Shown here: positions 20,701 to 30,692 of the stretch, one piece after another
How the letters are laid out: every line of letters starts with the position of its first letter
Numbering within the stretch: the first letter of the stretch is position 1
Assembly (NCBI GenBank): GCA_963793265.1
Contig: CAWBZI010000001.1
Location: 480,001-544,000 of the forward strand
Length of the DNA: 64,000 nucleotides
Origin: an uncultured cyanobacterium
GTDB lineage: Bacteria; Cyanobacteriota; Cyanobacteriia; Phormidesmidales; Phormidesmidaceae
Direction of reading: 5' to 3'
Notes under the pieces: generated by a model
Seen by the model: the letters and a program-made list of their open reading frames with translations, nothing else
Told to the model about the DNA's origin: nothing
The model's database searches: none
Translations under genes and position numbers: made by a program

Positions 20701-22242
20701 CAGACTTCTTTCCGCAGGCCCTCTTCTCTATACGACTTATCAGGGCAGCAACTGGCTACTTTTAGTGGAGATATCACTGAGTTTAGTGAGGGCAATCAAG
20801 CGCTTCTAACTTCGTCCGAGGAAGCTACCACCTCTCGTCTCTACTCACTAAATAACGACAACATGCTAGCAAGCGTTCAGGCTGACAGCGCCATTATCTC
20901 ACCGGATAAGGCCAGTCAGCGTCTCGTAACCTACGCAGAAACGGATAATCTCTCTCGCCTATACGATTTCTCAGGTCAGCTTCTAGCTACTTTTGAAGGC
21001 AGCCGTCTAGCCTTATTTCCTGATGAACAGAGAGTCACTGCTATCTCTACTGACAATTCAATGGTTCGCCTATACGACTTATTGGGAAATCACCTTGCCA
21101 CGCTAGCAGGCCAGAAAAATACACTTAACGCATCCGACCGAAATGGCCAAGCCATTGTCACCTATTCTCGCGCCGACGAAACGTCTTTCGTATACGATTT
21201 TTCCGGTAAGCTTCTCGCATCTATCGCAGGTGTTCCCCGTGGCTTCAGCCCAGATGGCCGGGTAATACTGATAAATTCTTCTAATCAACTGGGAGCCAAT
21301 GCCTCACTGTACGACGCTTCTGGTCAGCTTATCTCCAACTTGATAGGCGATGAGACTCGCTTTAGTGCTGATAGTCAAAGGCTAGTGACTTATGAGAATG
21401 TTGATAACACATCCCGTCTCTACGACTTATCGGGTCAGCTTTTAATGTCTGCTACAGGGCGGCTGAGTTTCAATGAGGAGGGCACCAGACTTTTGAGCGC
21501 TTCTGCGGGTCAAACTGAGCTGTATGACACTTCAGGAAATCGACTGGCCTCCTTTCGCGGATCTTTTCCTCTTTTTGTTAATAGTCAAAGAATTCTCACG
21601 AGTCCGCCGCCTGCCGAGGGCGCTTCTCAAGCGGATTCACATAAAGTGAATACCACCAAACTGCTACACGATGCATCGGGTCAATTTATTGCAACCATAG
21701 AAGGGATATATTTCACGTCTAGCGAAGACGCTCAGCGCATAGTCACCTACTCTTTTGATGACAGCTTCTCCCGGCTATACGATGCGTCGGGTCAGTTGCT
21801 AGCTTCGCTCAACGGCAGTAGCCCTGTTTTGAATGAAGCGGCGCAAGCGATCGCAACCCGTTCACACTCAAAAGATACAACCTACCTTCACGACTTCTCT
21901 GGCCAACTGATTGCAACGCTTCCCGGCATGTTCGGCGGATTTAGTGAAGATAAGCAGAAAATGGTCATAACAGTTGCCGACGAAGATATCAGCCGTGTTT
22001 ACAACACAAACGGCGATCTCTTAGCAGAGTTTCCAGGGACATTAACTCATCAACAGGACAAGCTCGGCTTCACACCCGATAGCGACTATCTTTTCACCAG
22101 AACCCAGGATGGCTACTATCACCTCTGGCATTTAGACAACGGATTACAAGATCTACTAGCGCAAGGCTGTGACTGGGTAAGACCTTATCTGCAAGCCAAT
22201 CCTGAAGAGGAAAGGGCCCGCTTTTGTCTGCAAGCACAATAG
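17749..22242 (+). CDS. AAA_35 ATPase - TM helix - coiled coil - about 20 WD40-like beta-propeller repeats
   Basis: [63 protein letters not shown]-rich stalk; YDxSGQ repeats; ATG 17749 lies 4 nt after the upstream stop. Confidence 0.88.
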   Translation: MNAGYHASPYQIGGSLQLNAPTYVTRQADSELYEGLSAGEFCYVLNCRQMGKSSLRVRAMARLQAEGTACVAIQMTDIIDEETTPEQFYAGVIDSITTDLNLDFDNLDWWEANGHLSLVKRFSKFVETVLLRRIASDVVIFIDEVDRVLSLPFKVNGFFAAIRECYNKRADSSIYRRLTFALLGVATPSDLISDKRSTPFNVGRAVELTGFTLAEARPLADGLGVDDQEKALAAILKWTGGQPFLTQKICRLVAAAHAPQGQSVADWVDGLIQQNVVQNWQSNDEPEHLRTIRDRLLSDEQKSARLLGLYQQILARGGLAVENANADHIDLRLSGLVVERQGQLRIYNLIYAAIFNATWVGQQLAELRPYSVAIAAWLASNRLDKSWLLEGRDLREAKQWSADKVLPPEDYAFLAASQELATEAVEEARQTLAQANRTLADANVESTARISSANKRLRIGSGILMGTIALFAFTGVYASQRIGTAQSESEQAQQDSLAAADQIQQAEADLEAASIVQAALEEKTEKTELEVAQAEEKSEKIEAESQQKIGEAEQKVEVAQRRIEQAAVQAEHARAATEQAEAEQAIAQVKATEAEENAVAAQAQVAAAQTQVEIAQQAEADIRQQQQTIRAGIDLERRSAALLRRPPVQQAGLGFLLDAITVAREAEQLLASSNQDDATDFTREHPAASLALRTAVNSVLEKAEVKGDRPVFSPDGNRIATSNTFENQTFLYDLSGQLIRAYDGTNPLFSGDNQQLLTSSTGSDIIYLYDISGALRLRLDGKSASFSQNSQKILYAQGAVATSVLYDIASDRTVSFNGYSPQFAQGDQRIVTTSFIDEKVYVYDLSGELLRTFEGTFPRLSEDGQRLALSSGDRSLLYDLSGRQIAEMEGISPNISKDGQRVATSKLPDAYFYDAAGNLLSFLEGSSAPVFSEDSQHFATSLSNRFAINLYDFSGQLLSSLEGKTPLFNRGGNLIAVSAAGYREQTSFRRPSSLYDLSGQQLATFSGDITEFSEGNQALLTSSEEATTSRLYSLNNDNMLASVQADSAIISPDKASQRLVTYAETDNLSRLYDFSGQLLATFEGSRLALFPDEQRVTAISTDNSMVRLYDLLGNHLATLAGQKNTLNASDRNGQAIVTYSRADETSFVYDFSGKLLASIAGVPRGFSPDGRVILINSSNQLGANASLYDASGQLISNLIGDETRFSADSQRLVTYENVDNTSRLYDLSGQLLMSATGRLSFNEEGTRLLSASAGQTELYDTSGNRLASFRGSFPLFVNSQRILTSPPPAEGASQADSHKVNTTKLLHDASGQFIATIEGIYFTSSEDAQRIVTYSFDDSFSRLYDASGQLLASLNGSSPVLNEAAQAIATRSHSKDTTYLHDFSGQLIATLPGMFGGFSEDKQKMVITVADEDISRVYNTNGDLLAEFPGTLTHQQDKLGFTPDSDYLFTRTQDGYYHLWHLDNGLQDLLAQGCDWVRPYLQANPEEERARFCLQAQ
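19860..22140 (+). repeat. About 20 degenerate coding repeats of about 36 aa (108 nt), consensus [28 protein letters not shown]
   Basis: Counted 20 YD/HD-x-SG-like anchors in the translation; TACGAC/TT-TCxGGxCAGCT recurs in the DNA. Confidence 0.85.
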
Positions 22243-22338
22243 CTCTACCTTTCCGCAGAATCCTATAGCGCGGCTGCATTGCTAATGTAAGGAAGTAATT
22301 ATCGCTAAGTTTTCCTTAAACGAGCCGCTATCAAACCT

Positions 22339-22863
22339 ATGAAAAAACGTCATCTTCTACAGACTGGTGGAGCGCTTGTGGGCCTAGTCGCCCTCTTCCG
22401 CCTCCCCTTTTTCAGAAGCAAACTCAACCCTCCCAATCCTGAAGCCGAACCCGTTTCAAATACTGACTTCGAGATCACTAAGACAAAGGAAGAGTGGCGT
22501 GAAATATTAGGGCCCAAAGAATTTGCCGTGCTCCGCGAACACGATACTGAACCGCCTTTTAGTAGCCCGCTCGACAAGCTATACGCGCCCGGCATCTATA
22601 ACTGCGCAGGCTGTCAAAATCCGGTATACCTTTCTGAAACTAAGTTCGACAGCGGCATAGGCTGGCCCAGCTTTTACGCCCCAATTGATGAAGACGCTAT
22701 AGGCACCTCCATTGATAACACGCTGTTTATGACCCGCACTGAAGTGCATTGCGATCGCTGCGGCGGACACTTAGGCCATATCTTTAACGACGGCCCTGAG
22801 CCTACCGGCAAACGCCACTGCCTCAACGGCATCGCGCTAGAGTTCACACCAGCAGTCACTTAG
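22339..22863 (+). CDS. msrB: Peptide-methionine (R)-S-oxide reductase with an N-terminal signal-like extension
   Basis: TEPPFSS, CAGC, KFDSGIGWPSF, RTEVHCDRCGGHLGHIFNDGP and RHCLNG motifs. Confidence 0.95.
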   Translation: MKKRHLLQTGGALVGLVALFRLPFFRSKLNPPNPEAEPVSNTDFEITKTKEEWREILGPKEFAVLREHDTEPPFSSPLDKLYAPGIYNCAGCQNPVYLSETKFDSGIGWPSFYAPIDEDAIGTSIDNTLFMTRTEVHCDRCGGHLGHIFNDGPEPTGKRHCLNGIALEFTPAVT

Positions 22864-23017
22864 GGATAAAAAATTCGGTCAATTAGACATAAGCGCTTCT
22901 GCAATGATCTGCAACGGATATCCGCTACGGCGTGAACCCATGGTCTACTATAAATAACTGACCTGATGCAAGGTCTTTGAGTCGTTACTACTGCGCTTTT
23001 TGGTACGCACATTCGCT

Positions 23018-24430
23018 ATGAGCAAAGGCACCCTATTTGACAAAGTTTGGAACGCACATACCGTAGGCACGCTGCCTTCTGGCCAAACTCAGCTATTCAT
23101 CGGCCTGCACCTAATTCATGAGGTGACGAGCCCCCAAGCCTTTGCCATGCTCAATGAGCGCCAGCTAAAGGTGATGTACCCACAGCGCACTATCGCCACC
23201 GTTGATCACATTGTTCCGACTGAAGACCAGTCACGGCCCTTTGCCGATCCGATGGCTGAAAAGATGATGAGCGCGCTTGAGGCGAATACCAAAGAGCACG
23301 GCATTCAGTTTTTTAATGTGGGTTCGGGCAGTCAGGGCATTGTGCATGTGATTGCGCCTGAGCAAGGGCTGACGCAGCCGGGGATGACGATTGCCTGTGG
23401 TGATAGCCATACTTCGACGCACGGGGCTTTTGGTGCGATCGCATTCGGTATCGGCACCAGCCAAGTGCGCGACGTACTCGCCTCCCAAACCCTAGCACTT
23501 GCCAAGCTCAAAGTTCGCCGCATTGAAGTGAATGGCGAGCTGCCGACAGGCGTCTATGCCAAAGACATCATTCTGCACGTGATTCGCAAGCTTGGAGTCA
23601 AAGGCGGCGTAGGATTTGCCTATGAATTTGCAGGCAGCGCGATTGAAAGCCTATCGATGGAAGGGCGAATGACGCTATGTAATATGTCGATTGAAGGCGG
23701 CGCGCGCTGTGGGTATGTGAACCCCGATCAAACGACTTACGAGTACATAAAGGGTCGTGATTTTGCGCCTAAAGCTGAGCAGTGGGATAGCGCTGTGGCC
23801 TGGTGGGAGAGCCTGCGCAGTGACGCCAATGCTGAGTATGACGACTTTGTACAGTTTGACGCGGCTGAGATCGCCCCGACAATCACCTGGGGAATTACGC
23901 CCGGTCAGGGCATTGGTGTAAACGAGTCTATTCCCAAGCCTGAGACGATGCCGGATGATGAAAGGCCAATCGCAGAAGAAGCCTACCGTTACATGCAGCT
24001 TGCGCCCGGTCAGCAGATTGAAGGGGTGAAGGTGGACGTTTGCTTTATTGGAAGCTGCACGAACGGTCGGATTACTGACCTGCGCGAGGCGGCAAATGTG
24101 GCCAAAGGTCGCCACGTGGCCAGCGGCGTGAAGGCGTTTGTGGTGCCGGGCTCTGAGCGGGTAAAGCAGGAAGCTGAGGCTGAAGGGTTAGATAAGGTGT
24201 TTGTCACAGCAGGGTTTGAATGGCGAGAGCCAGGCTGCTCTATGTGCCTGGCGATGAATCCCGATAAGCTAGAGGGCACTCAAATTAGCGCGTCTTCTTC
24301 TAATCGCAACTTTAAAGGCCGACAGGGTTCTTCTTCAGGGCGCACTTTGCTCATGAGCCCGGCGATGGTCGTTTCGGCGGCGGTGACTGGACAGGTAACC
24401 GATGTTCGGCAGCTCGCCCCAGTCGGCTAA
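23018..24430 (+). CDS. leuC: 3-isopropylmalate dehydratase large subunit
   Basis: [38 protein letters not shown] and [10 protein letters not shown] motifs. Confidence 0.97.
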   Translation: MSKGTLFDKVWNAHTVGTLPSGQTQLFIGLHLIHEVTSPQAFAMLNERQLKVMYPQRTIATVDHIVPTEDQSRPFADPMAEKMMSALEANTKEHGIQFFNVGSGSQGIVHVIAPEQGLTQPGMTIACGDSHTSTHGAFGAIAFGIGTSQVRDVLASQTLALAKLKVRRIEVNGELPTGVYAKDIILHVIRKLGVKGGVGFAYEFAGSAIESLSMEGRMTLCNMSIEGGARCGYVNPDQTTYEYIKGRDFAPKAEQWDSAVAWWESLRSDANAEYDDFVQFDAAEIAPTITWGITPGQGIGVNESIPKPETMPDDERPIAEEAYRYMQLAPGQQIEGVKVDVCFIGSCTNGRITDLREAANVAKGRHVASGVKAFVVPGSERVKQEAEAEGLDKVFVTAGFEWREPGCSMCLAMNPDKLEGTQISASSSNRNFKGRQGSSSGRTLLMSPAMVVSAAVTGQVTDVRQLAPVG

Positions 24431-24459
24431 CAGTCGGCTAAGTTCATCGCGACTAAATC

Positions 24460-25272
24460 TTAGCTAGACGCGCTGGTGTAGAACCTTAGCGCAAACTTCC
24501 ACCACCACCTGGATGCCTGGAATAAGGCGGCAGCTAAAACCGCTGAGCCCAGTAGCCAGGTGGCTTCGCTGCGGCCCATCATGGTTTGGGCAGGCACGGT
24601 GGTGAGAAAGGCAACGGGCACGACAAAGGTGAAGAATATGCGGTAGGCGGCGGGGTAGGCAGCCACGGGAAAGCGACCGGCTTCTAGGAGCGATCGCAAC
24701 ACTTCAGTCACATTAAAAATTTTGACGAACCAAATGCTGGTTGCACCCAAAATAAACCACAGGCTGTAAAGGCTGATAACGCCCAGCGCCAAAGGCGGCA
24801 GCACCGCGAGATAGGCCACAGGCGCAAGTTCTAGCTGCGAGCCTGCATAAAAAATAATCATTAGCCCAAAAATCAAATCCGGTAGGCCCCAGGGCGAAAC
24901 CGTGTGGGTGCTTAGCCAAAATTGTGAGCTGATGGGCTTGAGCAGCACAAAGTCGAGGGTGCCTTCTTGCACATAGCCGACGATTTTATTGAGGTTAGGC
25001 ACTAAAAAGGTGGCCGAGATACCTTGCAGCAGAGTAAATAGACCCAAGACGACAAGCGCCTCATTCCATGACCAGCCGTCAAAGGTGTAGCCCGTGCGGT
25101 AAAACAAAAATAGGCCAAACAGGCTACCGGCAAGCCCGCCTATGCTGCTGATCACAGCGACCACAAAGTTAACGCGGTATTCTAATTCGGCAGCGATCGC
25201 GACTCGCCAAAATAGCTGTAGCACTCGCAGATATCGCCCTACGCCTTGCCCGCTATAAAGCCCTTTGACCAT
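24460..25272 (-). CDS. ABC-2 family transporter permease (DUF990-type)
   Basis: AELEYRVNF, GTLDFVLLKPISSQF, GRFP and FTFVVPVAFLTTVPA motifs; multi-TM. Confidence 0.88.
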   Translation of the reverse strand: MVKGLYSGQGVGRYLRVLQLFWRVAIAAELEYRVNFVVAVISSIGGLAGSLFGLFLFYRTGYTFDGWSWNEALVVLGLFTLLQGISATFLVPNLNKIVGYVQEGTLDFVLLKPISSQFWLSTHTVSPWGLPDLIFGLMIIFYAGSQLELAPVAYLAVLPPLALGVISLYSLWFILGATSIWFVKIFNVTEVLRSLLEAGRFPVAAYPAAYRIFFTFVVPVAFLTTVPAQTMMGRSEATWLLGSAVLAAALFQASRWWWKFALRFYTSASS

Positions 25273-25375
25273 CTATCTTTGACCCCAGTTCTTTAGATTC
25301 AGTTCCCAGTTTTAACTTTTTTCGCGTACATTAACTATCCGTTTGTCAATGGACATATTGCGTAACATTTGAACT

Positions 25376-25404
25376 GGAACTTCACCGCCAAAATAAAAGT
25401 CTTA
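25376..25404 (+). promoter_or_regulatory. Candidate ECF (sigmaE/SigG-type) promoter GGAACTT-N16-GTCTTA, oriented antisense to the sigma gene
   Basis: Exact GGAACTT at 25376-25382, 16-nt spacer, GTCTTA at 25399-25404. Confidence 0.4.
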
Positions 25405-25489
25405 CGATAAAAGAGCAAGAATATTAAAAGTAGTCTCACCTACAAGCGATATCTCAAGCAGTAATTGCCATGCTCTCGCCTGCACCTAA

Positions 25490-26191
25490 CTATCCTGCAT
25501 TCAAATACATTTTTAGTTTCTCTTGCAGCCGCTGCCGCGCTCTAGCAATCCGAGACTTCACCGTACCGAGTGAAACGCCTGTGATATTGGCAATTTCCTC
25601 GTACGAAAGCCCCTGCAGTTCGCGCATAGCGATGGTTTTTTGAAACACGTCAGGTAGCTCGGCCATCGCCTGCTTCAGGTGATCGTGAAACTCCTGCGTC
25701 ATCATAGAATCAGCAGGCGTAGGCTCCACTGAAGGTAGCTCCCAGTCATACTGACCATCGCTGGAATAGCGAGGCGCATCTAAAGAGACAGACCCTTTGA
25801 ACCGCTTACGTTTGCGCAGTTCGTCGTAGAACAGATTCGTCGTAATTCTACCAAGCCAGCTCTTGAACTTGGCAGGCTCCTTAAGGCGGTGAATGCTGCG
25901 GTAAACACGAATCCAGACTTCCTGAGCCAGATCAGCTCTATCAGACCAGTCAGAAGCGAGGTGATACAAAAGTTTGTCAACATAGCGCTGGTAGCGGCTC
26001 ACTAGCTCTTCAAAGGCAACCCTATCCTTGTTGCACTGGTCTTGACATCGGCTAACTAAATCGTGGTTAGACAGCTCTGTTAGCGGAATTTCACTGGCAG
26101 GTGTTGTCTGTGGCTCAGATGGCGCTCGAAGCACCTGTAAGGACGCTTTGCCAAAGGTCGCAGGCTGTTTTAATGGAATTAAACTACTCAT
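25490..26191 (-). CDS. ECF sigma-70 factor, SigG-like
   Basis: DLAQEVWIRVYR, FKSWLGRITTNLFYDELRKRKR and RELQGLSYEEIA..GTVKSRIARAR motifs. Confidence 0.92.
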   Translation of the reverse strand: MSSLIPLKQPATFGKASLQVLRAPSEPQTTPASEIPLTELSNHDLVSRCQDQCNKDRVAFEELVSRYQRYVDKLLYHLASDWSDRADLAQEVWIRVYRSIHRLKEPAKFKSWLGRITTNLFYDELRKRKRFKGSVSLDAPRYSSDGQYDWELPSVEPTPADSMMTQEFHDHLKQAMAELPDVFQKTIAMRELQGLSYEEIANITGVSLGTVKSRIARARQRLQEKLKMYLNAG

Positions 26192-26590
26192 CAGTTTTTA
26201 GAACTCAATCCTAAATGGGGCTGCACTTTTGTAGATAGAAATCTGTAAATAGAAAGTCGTAACAATGAAGACGCGGTAGACCGACAAAGCGCTCCTAGTA
26301 CAAACACTTTTGCTACCGCATCAGCATTTACCCGTACGTACGTAAGCATTTATTACTACGTGTCGCTTTGTTTAAGTCAACATAGTAAACATTACTTAGG
26401 CCATACATCAGCTAAATAGCCTAATCTTGTTCGTATTATCACTGGAAGGTTAAAAACCAATAATCGTTGAATTGATTAGAATTGATATAAAAGCATTAGC
26501 AAAGGCAGTGAAATTGATGCTCTCCTAAAAGATAGAAGGAGTCATATTTTTTACATCACTATCCATTATGCATAATGAATACATAATATA

Positions 26591-27385
26591 TTATGCGCCC
26601 ATCCCTGAGTAGCGCTTGAGGCCCGCTCGCCATAACTTACGGTTGATAACAAGAGCGATGATCCCCCAACCGGCCATTGTCAGCAGTCCTCGAACGAGAT
26701 CTACCGGTAGCCCTACTAATAGGCTGGCTGGAAAATAGATTAGGTAGGGAAAAGGCGTCCACAGTGCAAACTCTCGAATGGCCGCTGGGAAAAGCTCTAG
26801 CGGGGCGACCATGCCCGACAAGAAGGTGTAGAAGAGAAACCAAAATTGCTCGATGGCGGTCGCTCGCTCTACCCAAAAAGCCAGCATGGCAAAGGTGTAT
26901 TGAATTAAGAACCGTAGGCAAAACGACAGCATGAAAGTGAGCGATCCCCAAAAGAAAGCATAGGGTGTGGGAAGCCACATGGCGTCTGGATAGAGTAGGC
27001 AAAATAGGCCAACTAGCAGCAATATGAACGGCAGACGGGTGAGTCTTTCAGCCAAGTGACCGAAGAAGTGTCGCCAAACTGGGTCAATCGGCTGAAGCAG
27101 TAGCGGCGAAAGTTTGCCTTGCACAACTTCTTTTTCAAAATCCCAGATGACCCACACAACGGTAAGCTGCCTGGCTAAGAAGACGGCCAGGAAATATCGG
27201 GCAAATTCTGTGGGGGTAAAGCCTAAGTCGCCGCTTTGCGCTGCCTGGTTCCATAGGCCCAAAAATATGAGGGGAAAGCTACCCGAAAGCACCCAAAAAA
27301 TTAGCTCTGCGCGGTATTCAACCATGTAGGCGTAATACACCGAGAGAAAGGTTCGCGCGATTCGGAAGGGGCGCGGGCTAGTCAT
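26591..27385 (-). CDS. ABC-2 family transporter permease (DUF990-type)
   Basis: MVEYRAEL, GKLSPLLLQP, LSGMVAPLELFP and TPFPY motifs. Confidence 0.88.
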   Translation of the reverse strand: MTSPRPFRIARTFLSVYYAYMVEYRAELIFWVLSGSFPLIFLGLWNQAAQSGDLGFTPTEFARYFLAVFLARQLTVVWVIWDFEKEVVQGKLSPLLLQPIDPVWRHFFGHLAERLTRLPFILLLVGLFCLLYPDAMWLPTPYAFFWGSLTFMLSFCLRFLIQYTFAMLAFWVERATAIEQFWFLFYTFLSGMVAPLELFPAAIREFALWTPFPYLIYFPASLLVGLPVDLVRGLLTMAGWGIIALVINRKLWRAGLKRYSGMGA

Positions 27386-27411
27386 AGTGTTTCGAGCGGG
27401 TAAGGAGAATA

Positions 27412-28398
27412 TTAGAGAGAGCCGGACTGAAAGACTTTACCGATAACGTCTTCAATGGGGGGTTCGGCTACGGTGAGATCTTGAATGGCGTAGTCGTTTA
27501 ATAGTTTGGAGACGCTGCGGGTTAGGTCGCTTGCTTCTACTAAAAAGGTTGCTTTGCAGCCGTCTAGCGTTTGGAGGTTGCCGTAGGCTAGAAGCGCTGA
27601 TTTTTCGACAGACTGATGGCGCTCAAATTCGACGGAGACTTCTCGATAGGGAGCAAAGCGCTCTAGCAGGCCGTCAAGCAGGCCATCGTAAATGAGGTTG
27701 CCTTGGTGGATGACTAGGACGCGATCACACAAAGCCGTAATATCAGCCATATAGTGACTCGTCAGCAGCACAGTTGCCCCGTAGCGCTGGTTATACTCCT
27801 GTAAAAACTGACGGACGGCGACCTGCGCGTTTACATCTAGACCCAGCGTCGGCTCGTCTAAGAAAAGAACTTGCGGGCGGTGGAGTAAGGCCGCTAGCAT
27901 TTCCGCCTTCATCCGCTCGCCTAAAGACAGCTTGCGCACAGGCTGCTTAATTTGCTCTTGAATAGAAAGCATTTCAGCAAGTTCACTAATGCGCTGGCGT
28001 GATTCGGTTTCTGTCAGGTTGTAGATAGCCGCGTTTATCCTTAATGAATCAAGCGCGGGCAAGTCCCAAATAAGCTGCTGCTTTTGGCCCATTACCAGCG
28101 TGATTTGGCGCAAAAACTGAGCGTCTCGTTCAAAAGGTCTGTAGCCTGAAACGCTGACGTTGCCGGTAGAGGGATGAATGAGGCCCGTAAGCATTTTGAG
28201 GGTGGTGGTTTTGCCCGCACCGTTGGCCCCCAAAAATCCGACAATCTCTCCCGGCTCAATTGTGAAGGAAACGTTTTTGACAGCTTCGATATTGCGATAG
28301 GTGCGGCGGAAGAAGTGGCGCACCGTACCTTTAAGCCCAGGCGCTTTAATCGCGACTGGGTAGACCTTGCCTAAGTTTTGAACGTCGATAATGGGCAT
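27412..28398 (-). CDS. ABC transporter ATP-binding protein
   Basis: GANGAGKTT, LSLGERMK, LFLDEPT and TSH motifs. Confidence 0.93.
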   Translation of the reverse strand: MPIIDVQNLGKVYPVAIKAPGLKGTVRHFFRRTYRNIEAVKNVSFTIEPGEIVGFLGANGAGKTTTLKMLTGLIHPSTGNVSVSGYRPFERDAQFLRQITLVMGQKQQLIWDLPALDSLRINAAIYNLTETESRQRISELAEMLSIQEQIKQPVRKLSLGERMKAEMLAALLHRPQVLFLDEPTLGLDVNAQVAVRQFLQEYNQRYGATVLLTSHYMADITALCDRVLVIHQGNLIYDGLLDGLLERFAPYREVSVEFERHQSVEKSALLAYGNLQTLDGCKATFLVEASDLTRSVSKLLNDYAIQDLTVAEPPIEDVIGKVFQSGSL

Positions 28399-28558
28399 AG
28401 GAATGCGGCGGCGGGCGCTGCTAATTTTTCGCCGTCATTTAAGGCGCACGGTAAATCTTATCACTGGCTCACGGCTGGATCTTTCTATCTGAAGAGGGCT
28501 GGCTGTTGCTTTTCGTTTGAAGATGATGGAAATAACGGAAAAGACGATCTTTATCAAG

Positions 28559-28915
28559 ATGACAAACGTGGATTTGATGGCTATCCGCCAGGCAATTGAG
28601 CAGCAAATTAAGGCATTTCAAGACGACGATGCGATCGCTGCTTTTGCTCAGGCTGCCCCCGGTATTCAAATGCAGTTTGGGACGGCTGAGAATTTTGTAG
28701 AAATGGTCAAAGCGGCCTACCCGCCTGTGCATCGGCCTCGCTCGGTGATGTTTGAGGACTTAGTGCAAATTGAAGGGTTTCCGGCTCAGCAGGTGATGCT
28801 AATGGACAATAACGGTCAGTTGATTCGAGCGACCTATACGATGCAGCAGCAGCAGTCGGGTGCGTGGAAGATTGCGGGCTGTTATTTAACGCCGATTGGG
28901 TATGAGCAGGGCTAG
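28559..28915 (+). CDS. DUF4864-like protein
   Basis: IEQQIKAFQDDDAIAAFAQAAPGIQMQFGTAENFVEMVKAAYPPVHRP...WKIAGC pattern. Confidence 0.75.
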   Translation: MTNVDLMAIRQAIEQQIKAFQDDDAIAAFAQAAPGIQMQFGTAENFVEMVKAAYPPVHRPRSVMFEDLVQIEGFPAQQVMLMDNNGQLIRATYTMQQQQSGAWKIAGCYLTPIGYEQG

Positions 28916-28917
28916 GT

Positions 28918-30180
28918 TTAGGACTGGTGATGCTCGTAAAAGTGGCCGATGAGATAGAGTGAGCCGCATAGAACGGTAGGTGAGGTTTGGATTGCAACGG
29001 GTAGTGCTGTTTTGAGATTCGGGTGAATGCAAGTGTTGATTTGAGGGCAGATGGTTTGGGCGATCGCTGCCAGGTTCTCAGGCTCTGCGCTCGAATGATC
29101 AGGTACAGGAACTAGGTGGAGGCGATCGCCTGCCCGCAAAAGTTCTGTAAAAACGCCCTCGTGATCTTTGGTGCTCAACATGCCCATAAGCCAGGTAATC
29201 GACTGATGAGGAGACGTGCGGTTGATATAGGCTCTGAGCGATCGCGCTGCATCTCTATTGTGCGCGCCGTCAATCAATAGATCTTGCCCCTTCCACTGCC
29301 CTCGCTGCAATCGTCCTGGCCATTGGACATTCGCCATGCCTTGAGTGATCGCACTATCAGGAATTTTCCAGCCCTGGGTGCGGAGGGTTTGAATGAGCGT
29401 GATCGCGCAGGCCGAATTTATCCGCTGATGATCGCCCAACAAAGTCTGCGGATACTCAATGCCGTCATAGCTCAGCCGAGGCGGGTGCGTAGAAACTTCT
29501 TCAGCAGGTGTCACCCATACTAGGGGCGCGTCGAGTTTGATTGCATGGGCCTTTATCACCTTCGCCGCTTCGTCAGGCACAGGGCCAACGATCATTGGAA
29601 CGTCAGCCTTCGTAATACCGGCTTTTTCACCTGCGATCTCAGCGATCGTATCGCCCAGTCGCTGCCAGTGATCGCGGCTGATTGAAACAACCGCAGTAGC
29701 CAGCGGCTTTTTGAATACGTTGGTCGCGTCCAATCGGCCCCCTAATCCCACTTCTACAACAGCAATATCGACCTGCTGATCAGCAAAGTATTGCCAGGCG
29801 GCGGCTGTGAAGACCTCGAACTGAGTTGGGGTTGGGATGTTTGGTGCGATCGCCTCTATCACTACTTCCAAACTACTTTGCAAAGCTTCCCAACTAATCT
29901 GCTCACCGTCTATACAAATGCGCTCCGTCCAGTCGATTAAATGGGGTGAAGTATAGCGGCCCGTGCGGTAGCCTGCGGCAGTAAGCACCGCTGATAGATA
30001 GGCGCAAACCGACCCTTTGCCATTAGTCCCGGCAATATGAACAACCGGCACCTGCGCTTGAGGATTGCCCATGTCTTGCAGCAGCCTTTCAATCCGATCC
30101 AAACCCAAATCAACGCCAAAGCGAGCATAGGTTTGCAGGCGCGCCTCAACGGCAGCTTTCGTTATTGCAGAATTTTTCAT
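28918..30180 (-). CDS. folC: Folylpolyglutamate synthase / dihydrofolate synthase
   Basis: HIAGTNGKGS, YTSPHL, EVGLGGRLDATN, WPGRLQ, DGAHN and GSLYLIG motifs. Confidence 0.96.
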   Translation of the reverse strand: MKNSAITKAAVEARLQTYARFGVDLGLDRIERLLQDMGNPQAQVPVVHIAGTNGKGSVCAYLSAVLTAAGYRTGRYTSPHLIDWTERICIDGEQISWEALQSSLEVVIEAIAPNIPTPTQFEVFTAAAWQYFADQQVDIAVVEVGLGGRLDATNVFKKPLATAVVSISRDHWQRLGDTIAEIAGEKAGITKADVPMIVGPVPDEAAKVIKAHAIKLDAPLVWVTPAEEVSTHPPRLSYDGIEYPQTLLGDHQRINSACAITLIQTLRTQGWKIPDSAITQGMANVQWPGRLQRGQWKGQDLLIDGAHNRDAARSLRAYINRTSPHQSITWLMGMLSTKDHEGVFTELLRAGDRLHLVPVPDHSSAEPENLAAIAQTICPQINTCIHPNLKTALPVAIQTSPTVLCGSLYLIGHFYEHHQS

Positions 30181-30266
30181 TTGCGCCTCAACAAGAAAAC
30201 CTTCATCAAAAAAGGGAGATAGCAAATTGCCATCTCCCCGAAGCTGTAGAGCTTTTTAGACAGTCT

Positions 30267-30608
<342 letters not shown>

Positions 30609-30692
30609 TTAAACACACATCTCCCCAGTATTGACAGCAGCACCGAAACTACAAGCTTGGTGACACTGCATATACTAATACCATTTGCGGCC

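Noticed and set aside
19860..22140. Diversity-generating retroelement target or CRISPR-like array in the propeller repeats
   Set aside because: Repeats are in-frame, degenerate protein repeats. No reverse transcriptase, no near-identical template/variable pair differing only at adenines, and no repeat-spacer structure in the window
22975..23017. Tandem Leu codons (TTA CTA CTG) upstream of leuC as an attenuator leader
   Set aside because: No start codon upstream of them in that frame, no separate leader stop and no terminator/antiterminator hairpins seen
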